From an uncultured Verrucomicrobiales bacterium (GTDB lineage Bacteria > Verrucomicrobiota > Verrucomicrobiia > Verrucomicrobiales > Akkermansiaceae), in assembly GCA_964398555.1 (NCBI GenBank), contig CAYNNY010000001.1:4861-67078 (forward strand): a stretch of 62,218 bases of DNA, read 5' to 3'. The translations under genes were made by a program, and so were the position numbers. The notes beneath the pieces were generated by a model that was not told the DNA's origin, made no database searches, and saw nothing but the letters and a program-made list of their open reading frames with translations. Shown here piece by piece: positions 59,701-62,218 of the stretch (positions are counted from its first letter, which is position 1; every line of letters begins with the position of its first letter).

Positions 59701-62208
59701 GCTACGCGTGACTCAGAGTCTGATGCCATTTCGATGGAAGCGGGTAAACGCTATTACGTAGAGCTTCTTTATGTAAAAAAGGCTTGGAAAGCTAGTTTCT
59801 CAATCAAGTGGAGAAAGTCCACAGAACCAAGCACAGAGGCCGTGATTATTCCTGAGCAAAATCTAAAATACCTTAAAGGCGGAAGCTTCGAAACCTCACC
59901 CGTCCGGGAGACCGCTCGCGGCCCGATGATTGCGTCAATCTCAGTAGCTGATGTAAGTAGCACGGAATGGAAATTGGTAAATCTCGAAGCTGGATTCACC
60001 TCTCCAGTGGTGGTCGCCACCCCCATTTCCCGTAATCAGACTAGCGTTCCCGTCGTCACCCGCCTTCGCAATGTCGGTGCCACCTCCTTCGAAATCAAGT
60101 TGGATAGAGCCGATGGTCAGTCGGGCAATATCACGGCTTCTGTTTCAGTGACCGTGGTGGAGGAAGGCGTTTACACACTGGCAGAAAATGGCGTCCAAAT
60201 GGAGGCTGTTAAGTATGACTCCATCGTGACTGATAATAAGACATCCTGGAGTGGAGAATCCAAAAGCTATCAGAATACGTATGTTAAGCCCATTGTATTA
60301 GGCCAGGTAATGACCGCCAATGATCCTAAATGGTCTGTCTTTTGGAGCTGTGGGAATACCACGAGTAATCCACCTAGCGCGACAGTTCTCAAAGTAGGTA
60401 AGCATGTGGCTGAAGATCCAGATACCACGAGATCTAACGAAACAGTCGGCTACATCGTCATTGAGGCGGGCAACGGCCTCATTCAAGGAATTCACGATGT
60501 TGCTTACACCGCGAACCGAGGCTCGGATACCGTGATGGGAATCTCCGCCAATGGATACAGCTACGAAATTACAGGTGTGCAGCGTGTTGGCTCCGTGGCT
60601 CTCAGTTCGGCAGCAATGGATGGCGCCGATGGCGGATGGCCAGTGTTGTTCGGGCAATCACCCCTCTTGTCAAACAAACTCACCCTGATAATTAATGAAG
60701 ATCTAATGAGGGATAGTGAACGTGCACACACCACGGAAGAAGTGTCCTACCTGGTATTTTCCGGTTTCCCCCAAGGAGACGGAGCGCCTTCCCCTGGTAA
60801 TGATCTTTATGCGATGAATCGCGATACCGCAACGACGGTTAATATGAACGACGTTACGGGCAACGACGCAGATCCAGAAGGAGGCGTGTTAGCCGTCCAA
60901 AGCTGGGGAACTCCTACTCAAGGTCTTCTTACAGGAGCAGGCTCAGTTCTTGAATACACTCCGAATGCAGGGTTTGTAGGTAAGGATTCCTTCCCCTACA
61001 CCGTGGTTGACGAGTTTGGAAATACCTCAGTTGGCCGCGTGGTCTTTAATGTATTACCCGTTCAGGCTGTGGTGGAAACCATGGATGTACAAAATATTCA
61101 ACTTACCACAGCAAAGCTTGGCTATATCTTGAGCGACAACGGTGGCGCAGATACATCGATTAAGATTTATTGCGGTAAAGTCAATGCCGGGAGAAATTAT
61201 AAAGCGTGGGAAAAAAAGAAAGACCTAGGCACCAAACCTAACGGGAATGGTCAAACGACCTTCAGTAACCTAACTCCATCGACTACTTATTATTACGGAG
61301 TCTATGCAACGAACTCATCTGGAGAATCATGGGGAGAAGTAAAAAGCTTCCGAACCCTCTCCAATCCCCTGAACTTGGTGAAAACAAAAGTGAGTGATGT
61401 GAGTAGTGCCTCATGGACGCAAGTCGATCTCGGCTACGCCTACATCAATCCCGTTCTCATCGCTACGCCTTACATCACAGACTCCAGCGCCCCGCCAGTC
61501 TCAGTACGTGTGCGTAATGCCGCAGGCAGCTCCGTAGAGCTTCGCTTAAACCGTCTCGATGGTGCTAGTGATCCTGTAACGATGGATGTTTCCCTCGTTG
61601 CCGTTGAACAAGGAACTTACACCGTTGCCAACAACGGCGTGAAGATGGAAGCTGTGAAATTCACCTCCACCGTAACCGCTAAAAAAGGTAGCTGGATAGC
61701 AGAAGCTCGGACGTATCAAAACACCTACACGAATCCGATCGTGATCGGTCAAGTAATGAGTGCCAATGACGCCGCCTGGTCGGAGTTCTGGTGCAAAGGG
61801 GCAACACAAACGTCGCCACCTAGCGCCAATGAATTCAGCGTTGGCAAACAGGTTGGAGAAGACCCCAATACCACCCGTGTAGATGAAACTATCGGCTACA
61901 TCGTCATCGAAGCTGGAAGTGGACAAATCAGCGGCATCGACTACATCGCAGGGCTCGGCAACGATACCGTTCTCAGCACCGGAGATACCAGCACGGGCTA
62001 CACATACTCCATCACTGGACTATCCACTGTATCCGCCGCGGCACTGAGCCAGGCCGGAATGGATGGAGCTGATGGCTCATGGGCTGCCCTCTACGGGGCA
62101 ACACCACTGACCCCCACCACACTCACCATTGCCGTAGATGAAGATAAGCTGGGTGACAGCGAAAGGAAACATACCACGGAGCAAGTTTCCTATATCCTCT
62201 TCAAGTAG
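56761..62208 (+). CDS. Giant secreted modular protein, paralog B (same architecture as 49377-54800)
   Basis: WSLGPTG..VARVAPGSPADQAGVRLEDRVVG (PDZ); AWHL..MFLAEYRKKTGD; colinear with paralog A throughout; ends in the identical DEDKLGDSERKHTTEQVSYILFK. Confidence 0.85.
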   Translation: MKTNTTNYNRSDSSGRPAPFYNKLKDHLLLQWVSLFCVLLSAMGNIRAEVGTQSGDLPFKGGGNFERWSLGPTGIYFLEKSWSGPRALRVARVAPGSPADQAGVRLEDRVVGVEGKTFTKSAGNNWDGIYREFAQAIERAERGDGKLPVTLVRSGVGRVDVILQLGKAGAFGPAYAYGSPKFQAMYEEAVNVCYKSIRNNNKLFYSTAYQALILLGDPHWNDTTGAKPYRLALDHYAGVVAQKMNAEVFEPLEKKLPDGSPNPNFNASENVGTRAWHLMPTLMFLAEYRKKTGDTSLDAVVQRSADLLANRVIDWKGQDQFGQKYADRGVMTDVGVTGSYGAKGFNAINAMALMTFGMLNEAGATVNDDKFQKCWHEMAKAMTAAGQIAYRSGGDKTRVAFRNTGALVGGSLYGADTLSTTDREAFDRAWNFTVNDWGRVHETYNMSAGTFLAQQLLMTFMSPQERAYHSEYQQTMFQFHRHGEGEGGITYLGNNINSNNGDRNIGFHTAGIINIGMAHAVGSGGFSCFPKPSTDQIYADFKVPGMGIPRKLGDSRLYDAKSLTVQFAPDITDYKGASLPASAYTAQWVASSGPGTPVFSSPASAQTTITFPQDGEYDISLQVTTGSFTLTEPIHVVVDTVTVPGYVKGIVNIRYYERVSNINNVDPEKPTVTLSMRAGRLSGVNLIPYHGKRVSGSSRVSGILIPPTTGDYTFRLDRSRLTNGWMKINPTGVDPDSSGLFQVCNKLRKDGATVHLQAGVPIYYEVLIGNKPPVLIQWKTPGSSEMVKIGEQFFAVKDEVKIINQIAEVSASAGSVALLPLCVEGPGPFVSEWYKDGQPIDFSKGATSELEIGNVSSGNAGRYHCVVSYDGGVIGSNPLVLSMQTSFQSGALWMSSYANISDKVVTIDDLRADISFPGAPTKGSRIQSFKYEVGAKNLGIRVSGWIVPDETADYIFKDSSAGASELWLSTDDSPLHKINIATRDSESDAISMEAGKRYYVELLYVKKAWKASFSIKWRKSTEPSTEAVIIPEQNLKYLKGGSFETSPVRETARGPMIASISVADVSSTEWKLVNLEAGFTSPVVVATPISRNQTSVPVVTRLRNVGATSFEIKLDRADGQSGNITASVSVTVVEEGVYTLAENGVQMEAVKYDSIVTDNKTSWSGESKSYQNTYVKPIVLGQVMTANDPKWSVFWSCGNTTSNPPSATVLKVGKHVAEDPDTTRSNETVGYIVIEAGNGLIQGIHDVAYTANRGSDTVMGISANGYSYEITGVQRVGSVALSSAAMDGADGGWPVLFGQSPLLSNKLTLIINEDLMRDSERAHTTEEVSYLVFSGFPQGDGAPSPGNDLYAMNRDTATTVNMNDVTGNDADPEGGVLAVQSWGTPTQGLLTGAGSVLEYTPNAGFVGKDSFPYTVVDEFGNTSVGRVVFNVLPVQAVVETMDVQNIQLTTAKLGYILSDNGGADTSIKIYCGKVNAGRNYKAWEKKKDLGTKPNGNGQTTFSNLTPSTTYYYGVYATNSSGESWGEVKSFRTLSNPLNLVKTKVSDVSSASWTQVDLGYAYINPVLIATPYITDSSAPPVSVRVRNAAGSSVELRLNRLDGASDPVTMDVSLVAVEQGTYTVANNGVKMEAVKFTSTVTAKKGSWIAEARTYQNTYTNPIVIGQVMSANDAAWSEFWCKGATQTSPPSANEFSVGKQVGEDPNTTRVDETIGYIVIEAGSGQISGIDYIAGLGNDTVLSTGDTSTGYTYSITGLSTVSAAALSQAGMDGADGSWAALYGATPLTPTTLTIAVDEDKLGDSERKHTTEQVSYILFK
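61329..62208 (+). repeat. ~880-bp near-identical direct repeat, copy B
   Basis: Counterpart of 53921-54800; many of the differences are synonymous third-position changes. Confidence 0.92.
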
Positions 62209-62218
62209 GAAATAATAT

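Noticed and set aside
53921-62208. Repeat pair as the template and variable repeats of a diversity-generating retroelement
   Set aside because: No reverse transcriptase in the window; both copies are coding; mismatches are not adenine-specific and are often synonymous.

Overview
About 62 kb of bacterial DNA, very probably from a Verrucomicrobiota (PVC) genome. That assignment is an inference from a Verru_Chthon/PilX-like pseudopilin, SHD1, YdjY- and DUF6288-like proteins, a XylR-type regulator and A/C-rich leaders without clear Shine-Dalgarno sites. Positions 1-47.7 kb form a large glycan-degradation island: GH89, GH141-like, GH29, heparinase II/III-like, GH95, two GH2, a clan GH-D enzyme, two S1 sulfatases, a PhoD-like phosphoesterase, two esterases, a CotH/lamin-tail surface protein and several orphans. 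It has no SusC/D or other transporter, but a XylR-type regulator sits divergently from a giant PilX-like pseudopilin and its partner. Positions 48-62 kb hold a cassette of two paralogous ~1800-aa secreted proteins (PDZ + helical barrel + PA14/Ig + duplicated lectin-like modules) around a YdjY-like gene; their last ~880 bp are nearly identical at DNA level. Non-coding findings: (i) five promoters share a motif (half-site, 20-21 bp, TGACATGGAC overlapping a TGGACN -35, 17-18 bp spacer, TAnnnT -10), tying both parts of the window into one putative regulon; (ii) two GGAG-footed REP-like hairpins with a compensatory base-pair change; (iii) a 9-bp-periodic inverted repeat. A 5' gene fragment missing from the ORF track runs off the left edge. 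Family calls come from recalled motifs, not database searches. No rRNA, tRNA, CRISPR or transposase was seen.
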